A stretch of DNA of 63,254 nt, the filler included, from Fonticula-like sp. SCN 57-25 (taxonomy: Eukaryota), in the NCBI GenBank assembly GCA_001724245.1. It is 10 parts of 10 records of this genome, joined end to end, with 100 filler letters (N's around TTAATTAATTAA, not from the genome) between each part and the next. Parts side by side here need not be neighbours in the genome. Positions count along the whole stretch, not along the records: positions 1 to 10,808 come from MEDX01000529.1; 9 more parts are not named here. One strand, 5' to 3'. The notes below the pieces were generated by a model. It had not been told where the DNA came from, made no database searches, and saw nothing but the letters and a program-made list of their open reading frames with translations. Of the stretch, positions 1 to 9,584 are shown piece by piece. How positions within the stretch are numbered: the stretch's first letter is position 1; each line of letters begins with the position of its first letter. The position numbers were made by a program, and so were the translations under genes.

Positions 1-197
1 GGAGGGCTCGCCGGACTTTATCATGAAGCGGCTTGAGCAGCTTCACTTTCTCCTCCCGCTTATGCGCCGGCGCATTGCTCAGACGCAGTGAGTGTGAAAT
101 ATGAACATGAATAGTTCTGTCAGACAATGTTTATCTCATAATTTATACAGAATTAAGTGTACAGTGACTATAAATACAGTAAATATCTACTTGAACA

Positions 198-2478
198 TTA
201 TGCTTGTTCTTCCTCCTGCTCGAATGCCGCGTCGATTCGTAGGTGTGTCGCCTGCTGCCTCCACTCGCGGTACACCGTAATGAGCTTCTGGGCCGCCGCT
301 CGCGCCTCATCCGCCGACATTGCCCCCACCGCCGCAAGCGCATCCAACTGCCGCACTGCCGCCTGCCTAGTCGCCGCCGCCGCCTGCTCGCCGCGCTCCC
401 TTTCAAGAACCGGCTGGAGCCGCGCCAAGAGAGCGTGCCGCGCGGCCATCGCGCCTCGCCACGACGCCGCAGTAACGGATATCTGAAGTCGCGCGTCGTC
501 GAGCGCGGTCAGCGCCACTTGTACGTCATCGCCACCGGCGAGTGCGAGCAAGCCCGCCTGCGACGACGAGAAGACGCCCGCATCGCCGCCCGCCGCCCGC
601 AACAGGAAGGGCAGCAGGCGCGGCCGCCAAAACTGCGCCAACCCGCGCAGCGTGATTGAAAGAGAGGCCCTGCTGGCTCCACCAATGGGGGGCGGCGCTG
701 ACTCGGAACGCGCCGTGTTCGGCCACGAAAGGGCGTCAAACTGAGTGGAAGCCAGCTTGCGCCAGAGAACGTCACCGCTTTCGGGAATGCTCGCCGAAAG
801 CCACACAGTCGCAGCGAGCGGCGGGCACGTCCGGCCCTCCATCCGCACAAGCATAGTGCTGTCAAAGGCCACGTGAGAAGCCGAAACAAAAAGAGAGAAG
901 CGCACATTGGCTGGCCAGGAGACCAATCCTGAATTGATCGCGTCACACACTGGGCCACGCAAGAGGCGTCGAACGGCGGCGTGATCACCATGCACACTGC
1001 CAATACCGTTAATAATCCATACAATAATACAAACACACGCACCTTGCCAGCTCCCAGTGAGAGTGGTACCCGAGTCGTTTGTGAGCGTCGCGGCCAGCAA
1101 AGGGACGCGCTCGCCGTCGGCCGCGTGGCCCGCGCGCGGCTCAAACAAAACGCGGAATGAATGCAGGGGCGCGCGGGCGACGTGCATGGCGGCACACAAC
1201 ACCGCCTGCTGCCGGTCGAGGCGTTGAAGCTGCAGCTCGAGGCTGCCGCTGTCCAACAGCGACCGCTCCAGCGCGAGCGTGTGCGCCTCGACGTCGTCGC
1301 TCGCCAATCCTGAGGCGGCTGCATCATCCACATGGGAAATAGTAACAAACCCATTGGCGGAGAGAGCGGCGAGGGACCCCGACGCGAGCGACATGGAGCG
1401 CGTCCCGCCGGGCTGCCGCACGATGGCCACCAGTGATGTGCCGTCAAGTATCGCTGTGCAGCGCGCGGTGAGTGAAAATGCATAAAAGACAATGGTGACG
1501 TACCAACATCGTCGCGCACGCGGACGTGGGCAGCGTACACGACGCCGTCGTCGCCCAGCGCGACGAGCGTGCATCCGCCGCCGTTCGCGCGTACAGCGGC
1601 CTGCCGCAGCGAACAAGGAAAGTGCATTGTCTGTGTCATGGGCGCGAGCTCATTCCCGATGGACGCGTATGTCAGCAGCTTGGCGCTTCCATTCCGACTG
1701 TCATTGCACTGAGCGTCAGCGTCATCCGAATGTGAGGCACGCAATCTACGTACGAAATCACGACGACGCACGAGGGGCTGGCCACAGCCGCCACGCAAAG
1801 CGCTTCCGCGTCCACCGCCACGAACGGGCTGACCACCGCAAGGCCATAGTCGTCAAACAGCCAGCGGCCCCAGAGCCGACCTGACCGCGACACCGCGAGG
1901 CAGAACTCATCGTGGCCCTCCTGCCGCGCTTTGAGCTCAGGGAACAGCACATAGAGAAACGTGGCGAGATCGTCTTTCGACAGCCGAGGCCGCTTGGGTA
2001 CGGGTACGTCACCAGCGGGCGATACAGATACAACTGACACGGCAGTGCATGCTTCAGGGACGGGCACCGCCCATGATGGCCGGCTATCCTCGCCAGGGCC
2101 GCCGACGCGCTCAACAGATTCGGCACATGCGGCGATCCACCACGGACGGGTAAAGGCGCAGCTCAGGTCGGCGACGCCAGACACGCCGCGGGCAAACTCT
2201 TCTATTGTGCCGCTCTTGGATATCCTCAACATGCGTCCGTCGGCAGTGGCGCCCATCACCGCGTCGCCGTCGGTGGCGCTCAATGCATGCAGTTGCGCGT
2301 CGAGGCGGACGACGCGATCGATCTCGCCGCTCCGGCCGTGCCAATGCAGCACGCCAGGGATGCAGTATACCGCCACACTCCCGTCCGCTGTCAGTGCAAC
2401 GAGAGGGCGCCACAGTGCGCCGTCTGCCCAAGCATCAGCAGGCCGCACCGCCGCCTCGAACTGGCGGCGCGCCTCCAT
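198..2478 (-). CDS. FAAP100-like Fanconi anemia core complex protein (spliced; exon boundaries approximate)
   Basis: Joins ORFs 1672..2556 (ATG at 2478, MEARRQ) and 198..1616. N-terminus looks like a beta-propeller, followed by a coiled coil (LQRLDRQQAVLCAAMHV). LLAATLTNDSGTTLTGSWQ and C-terminal LITVYREWR resemble recalled FAAP100 segments (LENSSSFSLDQGW; LLQVYRQLR). Confidence 0.5.
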
Positions 2479-2554
2479 CGCACTTTGCCGGCCAGTTTGC
2501 AGTCCAGTTTGCTTGTTAGTTTGCGTCTGCTGACCGCAGCTTCCAACACACACC

Positions 2555-3755
2555 ATGGACGACTACACCATGGAGGTCAAGTTTGCTGCCCTCGGCGTCA
2601 TGGCCGTCGTGCCGATCATTCTCGGCTCGTACGCGTCATTGCCAAATATGCTGAACAAGAAGCGCGAGACGGTACGCTACCGCGCGAGCGCGCATGATGG
2701 AGTCATGTTGACATGTGTTTCGATGGCTGATAGGAAAAGGTCGGCATGGACGAGGCCAAGTCGTTCCCGATCTACGGATCGGCAATGCTTTTCAGCCTCT
2801 TTCTTGTGCTAAAGTACATACCCAAGGACTGGGTCAACTTTTTCATGAACAGTGCGCTTGCCCAAGCTTAAGCAAGCTTGATTCTAACCCGTTAACCCCG
2901 CAGTTTACTTTTCCTTCCTCGGCGTGTTTGCCGTCGCCAACACTGTGCATGACCTCGTTTCCTTCCTGGCGCCGTCTCTTTTGCGCCGCGTAAAGTCCGG
3001 CCTCTTCTTCCTCAAGTACGCCGACGAAGGTGCGCTTAATATCGCACCGGCATGCGGCCGCTGATGCCTACCCCACAGAGTACTTTAACATCCCCTTTGA
3101 TACGCTCCACCTTGTCGGCCTGCTCATCGGCGTGCCCGTCGGCCTGTACTACGGCGTGACAAAGCACTGGATTTTCAACAACATTCTTGGCGAGTGCTTT
3201 TCGTATGTCGCGGTCAAGTCGCTCAACCTGGACAGCTTCCGCACCGGCATGCTTCTCCTGAGCGGCCTCTTCTTCTACGACATCTTTTGGGTGTTTGGCA
3301 CGGACGTGATGGTGAGCGTCGCCAAGGGCCTCGAAGCACCTATCAAGGTCGTCTTCCCGCTTGACTTTCAGGCGGAGACGCTAAAGTTTACGCTGCTCGG
3401 CCTCGGCGACATTGTGATCCCCGGCATCTTTATTGCGCTCGCCCTCCGTTTCGACTACCAGCAGTCGGGCGCCGGCCGCCCGCTCCGCACCATCTACTTC
3501 AAGGCCATCATGGTCGCGTACGTGCTCGGCCTCGTCGCCACGGTCACCGCCATGCGCGCGTTTAAATCGGCGCAGCCCGCGCTCCTCTACCTCAGCCCGG
3601 CCTGCATCCTCTCGGTGCTCCTTGTCGCGGCCATCCGCGGCGAGCTCAAGGCGCTCTGGAGCTTTAACGGGTACCAGCCCGACGAGGACGACGCCACGCC
3701 AAGCCCAAGCAAGGACCTCCCCGCCGACGACGCTTCAAAGTCAAAGGACGACTAG
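2555..3755 (+). CDS. HM13: Signal peptide peptidase (GxGD aspartyl intramembrane protease), 3 introns
   Basis: FFYDIFWVFGT (YD), LGLGDIVIPG (GxGD) and QPALLYL (PAL) motifs. First intron 2672-2733 (gtacgc..tag). Basic C-terminus KSKDD. Confidence 0.95.
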
Positions 3756-3836
3756 GCATACAGCATACTGTCTAATAAATTAAACGTATATTCCATATTG
3801 TACACAGAAAAGCAGACACAATGACAACAAAAAACA

Positions 3837-4967
3837 CTAGCAAACAATATCAGTGGCACGCCCGAGCTGCCGCAGGAGCTGCGCGGCAATGTCGTTAACC
3901 ATTGCCTGCTTCCTCTCCAGCTGCTGCTTGACCTCTGTTGTGCGCTGCAGGGCGAGCTGCAGCCGCGCGTTGGCCTCGAGCTCGTTCTGCCGCAGCGTTA
4001 CTTCCAGCGCCTTTAGTTCCTCTTCCCGCTTGTCCAGCGCGGCGACGCGCACAGCCTCGCGCTGCGCGGCCGCCCGTTCCAGTTCAGCCATGAATTCCCG
4101 CTCGCGTTCCTTTAGCCGCTCCTCAAAGCGCTCGCGTTCCCGCTCCTTCCACAGCGCAATCTCGAGCGCTGCCTGGTACTCGGATGACTCTTCAAACCGG
4201 TGCAGATGGTCGCCCGACGGGGCGGCACCGCCAGCAAGGTCCGTCCATTCATCTTCGCCTTCGTCCGATACGCCCGCCGCTGCACTGCGCGCCGGCCCGT
4301 CAGCGGCGGCCGCCACAACGTGCGCAAGAGGCTCGAGCACCGAAGGCGCGCGACCGGCCTCCGTGGCCACCACGGTTGGCCGGGCCTGTGACTCGTCCAG
4401 CATCACGGTGTGATCAAGCGATGTCGTTTGCGTCGCTGCCGACGAGACCGTCGTATTGTGCGCGGCCGCGGCGCCGTGCGATGGGGCCCGGACGACGTGC
4501 CGCAGCAGCCTATCCTCGGCGTAGAGACTGACGCTCACGCCTACCGAGGCAACCGTTTTCGAGGTCGACTGCGGGCCCGTCGCGAGGAGCGGGCACAGCA
4601 GATCCAGGGCGGCGCCCTGCGCCTGATGCGCACCGAGAAACAGCTGCGCGAGAGAGACGCGACAAACGGCCAAGACCTCGTCCGAATCGTCAAGCAGACT
4701 GAGTACAAGTGGGTGGTCGTCCGCGGCGGCTGTGCGCCCGAGCTCGAGCGAGTCCGCCAGGATGCGGTAAAACGTGCGCTGCGCGAGGCCCATCCCTTGT
4801 GACGGGGCAAACGGTTGTGTCGTTACGCTAACATCGAAAAAGCCCGCGCGAAGCTTGACGCGCGAGGCAGGAATTAATGATGGAACTACATTTGCAAAAA
4901 CAATCGCCGCAGAGAACAGGTGCGGGTCTGTCCCGTCCCCCAGCTGGAAGCAATCGTCCGACGCCAT
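3837..4967 (-). CDS. CEP120: CEP120-like protein, short form (one C2 domain plus start of coiled coil, ~376 aa)
   Basis: EYQAALEIALWKERERERFEERLKEREREFMAEL matches the CEP120 hallmark EYKAALELEMWKE. The N-terminal region (HLFSAAIVF...GFFDVSVTTQPF...HPLVLSLL...VLAVCRVSLAQLF) aligns by eye to the third C2 domain. First ATG at 4967. Confidence 0.75.
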   Translation of the reverse strand: MASDDCFQLGDGTDPHLFSAAIVFANVVPSLIPASRVKLRAGFFDVSVTTQPFAPSQGMGLAQRTFYRILADSLELGRTAAADDHPLVLSLLDDSDEVLAVCRVSLAQLFLGAHQAQGAALDLLCPLLATGPQSTSKTVASVGVSVSLYAEDRLLRHVVRAPSHGAAAAHNTTVSSAATQTTSLDHTVMLDESQARPTVVATEAGRAPSVLEPLAHVVAAAADGPARSAAAGVSDEGEDEWTDLAGGAAPSGDHLHRFEESSEYQAALEIALWKERERERFEERLKEREREFMAELERAAAQREAVRVAALDKREEELKALEVTLRQNELEANARLQLALQRTTEVKQQLERKQAMVNDIAAQLLRQLGRATDIVC

Positions 4968-5107
4968 CCCGCGTCGATGCTCGACACACGACGACGCGTA
5001 ACCGTCAGATTCAATGCAAACTGCAAACTGAATCAAAGTGTCAGCAAACTGCAAGCATATGATCGGCGGTGCGCAACCGGTGCGCCACCTTGCTGTCACC
5101 TGCTTGC

Positions 5108-7303
5108 ATGGCGAACAACAGCGATGTGTGCCAGGTGTGCCGGAAGCCGGGGCTTCTTCTCTGCTGCGACACCTGTTCCAACTCGTACCACTTTCATTGC
5201 GCGGGGGTAGACCAGGAGGAGGTCGAAAAGTTGCCCACCTGGTCATGCAGCGAGTGCGAGAGCTTTGAGGCGCCGCCCACACGGTCAGCGCGGGCAGGAT
5301 CGAGCAGCAGCCGCGTCACGCCGAGCCCGAGCTCATCGCGAGCCCCATCTTCACAAGGCGCTGAAGCACCACCCTCGCCGTCGCCCGTGCGTCGGCGCTC
5401 GAGGCCAGAGCCGGCCGCGGCTACCGCATCGCCACCGCGATCGGCACCCGCAGCAGCAGCGCCGAGCACGCCCGAGATCCCGCCGCAAGCCAGCCCTGCA
5501 GCGATTATTCAGTCTCCGCTGCCGGCCACTCCCCCCGCCGCCAACCCGCGCCGGACACCCGCGTCGCGCTCGGTGCGCGGACCGACTAGCGCGCTGTCGT
5601 CTTTCCTTGCCGAATACGGCATCGTCGCGCCGCACGCCGCGAGCATGTACCGGCGGGCATCGCAGCCGACCCACACGGCTCAAACGCCGCCCAATGGAGT
5701 TTCATCGCCCGTCCCCGCTGCTGAGGCGACATCGCCGCCGACACCGAACTACAGCGGCCCGCGCGTCGTCTACCGCGAAGTGTCGGACGATGACGACGAC
5801 GCCGCCTCAACGCCCAGCCGCGGCGGCCGCAAGAGCGGCAGCGGCCGCTCCAAAAAGTCGGACGGCGGAAAGGGAGAAGAAAAGGCGAAAAAGGCGGCCA
5901 AGAAGGCGGCCAAGAAGCGCAAGAAGAGCGGCAAAGGGAGCGACGACGACGGCAGCGACTACTCCGCCTCGAGTGACTCGCCCGACGAGGGCTTCCGCCG
6001 CCCCCGGCGCCGCATTGCAATGTGCGGGCGTTGCGGGACGCCCTTTGAAAACAACATGCTGCGCTGCGCGGTGTGCGCCTCAAGCGCCGCCGAGGGGAAC
6101 GGCCGCTCGCCCGCGCGCCCCAAGCGCAAAGGGCCCGAGGGCAGCATCCTCGGCGACGTCCGCGGCGTCAACCTCCGCATCGCGCGCTCTCTCCAAGAGA
6201 TTTGCGTGCAGACGATCAGCCGGCACATTGGCGAGATCCCTTCGCTCGGCGACGTTCCGCCCGAGACGCTCGTGAGCATCTGCGACCTGACGTGCCGCCT
6301 CCGCTACCTGAACAAGGACACGCTGCGGCTCTTTTTGCAGGACGACATGGAGATGCTCCGCATCATTGACTGCGCTGCGCTCGACGGCAAGGCGCTTGCT
6401 CAGATCGCGGGCGCCGGCGCGACGCTCACATACCTGGAGCTCGGCAACTGCGGCCGCATGACGGGCGACGTTTTGCACTCGGTTCTGTCGGCGATGCCAG
6501 AGCTCACAGACCTCGCACTGTCGGGCCTGTTCCTGCCCGGTGACGATCAGCTTGCCGCCGCCGTTGCGCTGCTGCCGCAGCTGCGCCGCCTCCGCATCGC
6601 CGACTCGCCGTACGTCGGCGCTGCCACGCTCGGGTACCTCGCTGCGAACGCGGCGGACCGCCTGACGAGCCTCAAGCTGCCGGCGTGCGAGGGCGTCAAG
6701 GAGGTCAACATGGGCGACATTGCGCAGCTGGGGCTGCTCGTCGAGCTGTCGCTGGAGCGTTGCTCGTCCCTGACCGATGCGGCGATGGCGCGCCTCTTTG
6801 CGACGCCCTTTGACGCGCTTCAGGTGCTCGACATTAGCGGCTGCGATCTGCTGACCGGCGATGGGTGGACGCTCTCGGGCATGCCGCTCCGCAAGCTGTA
6901 CATGGGCTCGCTGCCGCTCCTCGAGGACGAGCGCATTGCCGACATCCTCGGCGGCATCGACGCGCTCGAAGAGCTCGACCTCGGCGGGTGCGTGCTGCTA
7001 TCAGACGCGTCCGTTGCGCAGGTCGTCGGCGCCAACGCAAAGTCGCTGCGGTCGCTGCGGCTCAACAAGGTGATGCACGCGGGCGAGGGCGCGCTCGAGG
7101 CAATCCTCTCGTGCGCGCGCCTCGAGCACCTCGACGTCTCGTGGGTCCGCGCCGTCGACGGGCCGTTCCTGGAGCGGCTCATCGAGGCCGCCACGGCGCT
7201 CAAGGCCGTCCGCATCTGGGGGGATAATTTGGTGAGCGAGTTTGCGGTGCGCGCGTGCGAGAAGCGCGGCGTTGTCGTCACGGGCTTTGAGGGAAGTTAT
7301 TAG
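5108..7303 (+). CDS. RAD7: Rad7-like nucleotide excision repair LRR protein with N-terminal PHD finger
   Basis: PHD (CQVC..LLCCDTC..YHFHC..WSCSEC); Rad7 signature VRGPTSALSSFLAEYGI; CxxC..CxxC knuckle; BC-box-like SLQEICVQTI; C-terminal LRRs. Intronless. Confidence 0.8.
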   Translation: MANNSDVCQVCRKPGLLLCCDTCSNSYHFHCAGVDQEEVEKLPTWSCSECESFEAPPTRSARAGSSSSRVTPSPSSSRAPSSQGAEAPPSPSPVRRRSRPEPAAATASPPRSAPAAAAPSTPEIPPQASPAAIIQSPLPATPPAANPRRTPASRSVRGPTSALSSFLAEYGIVAPHAASMYRRASQPTHTAQTPPNGVSSPVPAAEATSPPTPNYSGPRVVYREVSDDDDDAASTPSRGGRKSGSGRSKKSDGGKGEEKAKKAAKKAAKKRKKSGKGSDDDGSDYSASSDSPDEGFRRPRRRIAMCGRCGTPFENNMLRCAVCASSAAEGNGRSPARPKRKGPEGSILGDVRGVNLRIARSLQEICVQTISRHIGEIPSLGDVPPETLVSICDLTCRLRYLNKDTLRLFLQDDMEMLRIIDCAALDGKALAQIAGAGATLTYLELGNCGRMTGDVLHSVLSAMPELTDLALSGLFLPGDDQLAAAVALLPQLRRLRIADSPYVGAATLGYLAANAADRLTSLKLPACEGVKEVNMGDIAQLGLLVELSLERCSSLTDAAMARLFATPFDALQVLDISGCDLLTGDGWTLSGMPLRKLYMGSLPLLEDERIADILGGIDALEELDLGGCVLLSDASVAQVVGANAKSLRSLRLNKVMHAGEGALEAILSCARLEHLDVSWVRAVDGPFLERLIEAATALKAVRIWGDNLVSEFAVRACEKRGVVVTGFEGSY

Positions 7304-7435
7304 CATGTGTAGATATTTGTTGCATTTTTAGACACGTTTGTAGTCATTTCGGGCGCGCGTAATTGTAGCGCAATGTCATTTGAGCAATATATTTGGAATT
7401 GAATTCCATCGGAAAGCCTACAAAATAGCTCATAT

Positions 7436-9064
7436 TCAGAGGAGCACCTCGAGAGTGCACTCTGCGATTGGCCTGTTTGCGTCGACGAGCGAGCGCATCG
7501 TGTCGCGCACCTTTGCGAGCTCGACGTCCGACGGCCCCCAGAGCCTGAGCACGGCCGACGAGTGCTGGTCGTTGCTCGGCGCAACGTGCAGCTCCTCGAC
7601 CTCAAAGTCGCACGGGCTGTCCACGGCGAGGTCGAGCAGCCTGTTGAGGAGCGCCTTGTCAAAGAGGTGTCCCTGGACGCGGAAGGCGATTGTGGGCCGC
7701 GCGTCCTCCTGGAGGTGGCTGACCTCGGCGACGGCGGCCATGGCCGCGGCGGCCTCGTACTCTGCGAGGGCGGCGCGCGCGCGCTCAGCCGCGTCCTTGA
7801 CGGTCGGGTTGTCGGTGCCCTGCACGACAAAGGTGGACGACGAGGAGCGCGGCCCGGACGCGAGGCGCATGAGGACCGAGTCGACAAGGTCCATGTTGAG
7901 CGAGCGCTTGTCGGCGAGGTTCTTGATCTTGGTCGTGGCGGCCTTGATCTGGTCCTCGGAGAGGTCGAGCCCAAGCTGCGTCGCGCGGTTCTGCATCGCG
8001 TTCCAGCCAGTGAGGCGGTGCGCGAGTTGGATGCGGCGCTCGACGCCAAAGTCGGCAGGGTCAATCACCTCGTACGACGACGGGTTCGTCATCACCGCCT
8101 TGGAGTGAACGCCGGCCTTGTGCGTAAAGGCGGCGCTCCCGGTAATGTAGTTGTTGAACGGAATGCTCACGCTCACCGCCTGCGCAACGTACTTTTCAAG
8201 GTGGCGGATCAGCGTCAGGTCGTACCGGCCCTTGATGGCCTCCTTGTCAATCGTGTACATGCGGGCAAGGAAGCCGCCCAGCGGCGTGATGCCGTTGCGC
8301 TCGCCAATGCCAAGCACGGTTGTGTCAATGTGCGTGGCGCCGCCCTCGAGCGCCATCAGCGCATTCGCAATGCAGCAGCCAGAGTCATTGTGCGTGTGGA
8401 ACTCGATCCCGGTCGACGGGCGCACAACGCTGCGCACGGCCGCTACAGTGTGCAGAACCTGAGAGGGAGTCGCAATGCCAACGGTGTCGGCGACGCCAAC
8501 GCGATCGACGCCCAGCTTGTCGACCGCCTCGTAGATCCGCAGAATGTCGTCGAGGTTGCTGCGGAAAGAGTCTTCGCACGAGAAGCGGACTTCGAGGCCA
8601 GCGTCTTGTACAAGGCCAATGGCGCGGCGCGCGTCCTCTACAACGGCGTCAATGCCCTTGCCGTGCGAGTGCTTGGCGAGCAGCGGCGACGTCGCCATAT
8701 ACATGTTAATGCCGTGAACGCCCGTCTTGATGGCGATAGAAACGTCGTGCGGATGGCACCGCGTATGCGTCAGGATCTTGGACCGCAGACCGAGCCGCGA
8801 GATCGCCTCGCACTCCTTGGTGGCCTGTTCGCTCGCCGCGGGGTTCATCAGTTCAATGTAGTCAACGCCGATCCGGTCCAGCGTCGTCGCAATGTAGAGC
8901 CGATCCTGGTATGTGAACTCGCCCGTCGCAAATTGTTCGCCTTCCCGCAGCGTAGTGTCAACAACGGCAAAAGTGGGTAGCTTGCGCGATCGAGCGGCCT
9001 CTGCCGCAGCGCGGGCAGCGCTTTGTACTGATCCTACTGTTGATGCGAGCCCTCTCCTCAACAT
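7436..9064 (-). CDS. LYS20: Homocitrate synthase with mitochondrial-type presequence and C-terminal LKR/SDH-interdomain (ACT-like) extension
   Basis: DTTLREGEQ, HTHND, GIGERNG and AFTHKAGVHSKAV..NPSSYE motifs of fungal-type HCS. Arg/Ser/Ala-rich N-terminus. Tail contains QGHLFDKALLNRLLD. Confidence 0.92.
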   Translation of the reverse strand: MLRRGLASTVGSVQSAARAAAEAARSRKLPTFAVVDTTLREGEQFATGEFTYQDRLYIATTLDRIGVDYIELMNPAASEQATKECEAISRLGLRSKILTHTRCHPHDVSIAIKTGVHGINMYMATSPLLAKHSHGKGIDAVVEDARRAIGLVQDAGLEVRFSCEDSFRSNLDDILRIYEAVDKLGVDRVGVADTVGIATPSQVLHTVAAVRSVVRPSTGIEFHTHNDSGCCIANALMALEGGATHIDTTVLGIGERNGITPLGGFLARMYTIDKEAIKGRYDLTLIRHLEKYVAQAVSVSIPFNNYITGSAAFTHKAGVHSKAVMTNPSSYEVIDPADFGVERRIQLAHRLTGWNAMQNRATQLGLDLSEDQIKAATTKIKNLADKRSLNMDLVDSVLMRLASGPRSSSSTFVVQGTDNPTVKDAAERARAALAEYEAAAAMAAVAEVSHLQEDARPTIAFRVQGHLFDKALLNRLLDLAVDSPCDFEVEELHVAPSNDQHSSAVLRLWGPSDVELAKVRDTMRSLVDANRPIAECTLEVLL

Positions 9065-9186
9065 CCCCGTAAAATGGGCGCGGCAAAACCGGGCAAAACC
9101 GTGAGTGAACGTGAAAAAGTGGTCTTACGAAGTGACAAAAATGTGATGGGTTCAAAAGATAAAAAGTTTGTGTTTGCTTTGTGATT

Positions 9187-9259
9187 GGGGACGTAGCTCA
9201 TATGGTAGAGCGCATGATTTGCATTCCTGAGGTAGGGGGATCGATACCCTCCGTCTCCA
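9187..9259 (+). tRNA. tRNA-Ala(UGC)
   Basis: Cloverleaf with acceptor GGGGACG/CGTCTCC including G3:U70, D-arm GCTC/GAGC, anticodon TGC (one T-C mismatch in the stem) and T-loop ATCGATA typical of eukaryotic Ala. A T5 Pol III terminator follows within ~10 nt. Confidence 0.93.
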
Positions 9260-9584
9260 CTTATCTTTTTGTTCTTTTGTCGCCTCCTTGCCAGGCGACA
9301 CTTTTTGCTATACACCGCAGCGTCATACTGGCGTCGCTATGCGCCGCTTCTTTCGCACATGCACGCGGCATGCACTTCGCGCGAGAGAGCGGGGCTAGCA
9401 AAGAGGAAAAGTGTGATAGGAAAGGTATGCTATGATGATGACATGAGAGCCGTTGAATCGAGGCCAGACCGTTGCCGAATTTAGTCACAGGCACGTGCTA
9501 TTGTTTGGGACAACAAGACGGTCGCCGACGGGCATCGAAGGACGCGGGAGGATCGGCTACTGCTTCCTGATCGCTACAGCCTCC

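Noticed and set aside
7562-8980. Long antisense ORFs (also 38891-40207, 27691-28716 and others)
   Set aside because: Shadow ORFs from high GC3 codon bias opposite well-conserved genes; no recognisable motifs.
9430-9572. Possible C/D snoRNA downstream of the tRNA (ATGATGA...CTGA)
   Set aside because: No terminal stem or recognisable rRNA guide, and the tRNA has its own T-run terminator.
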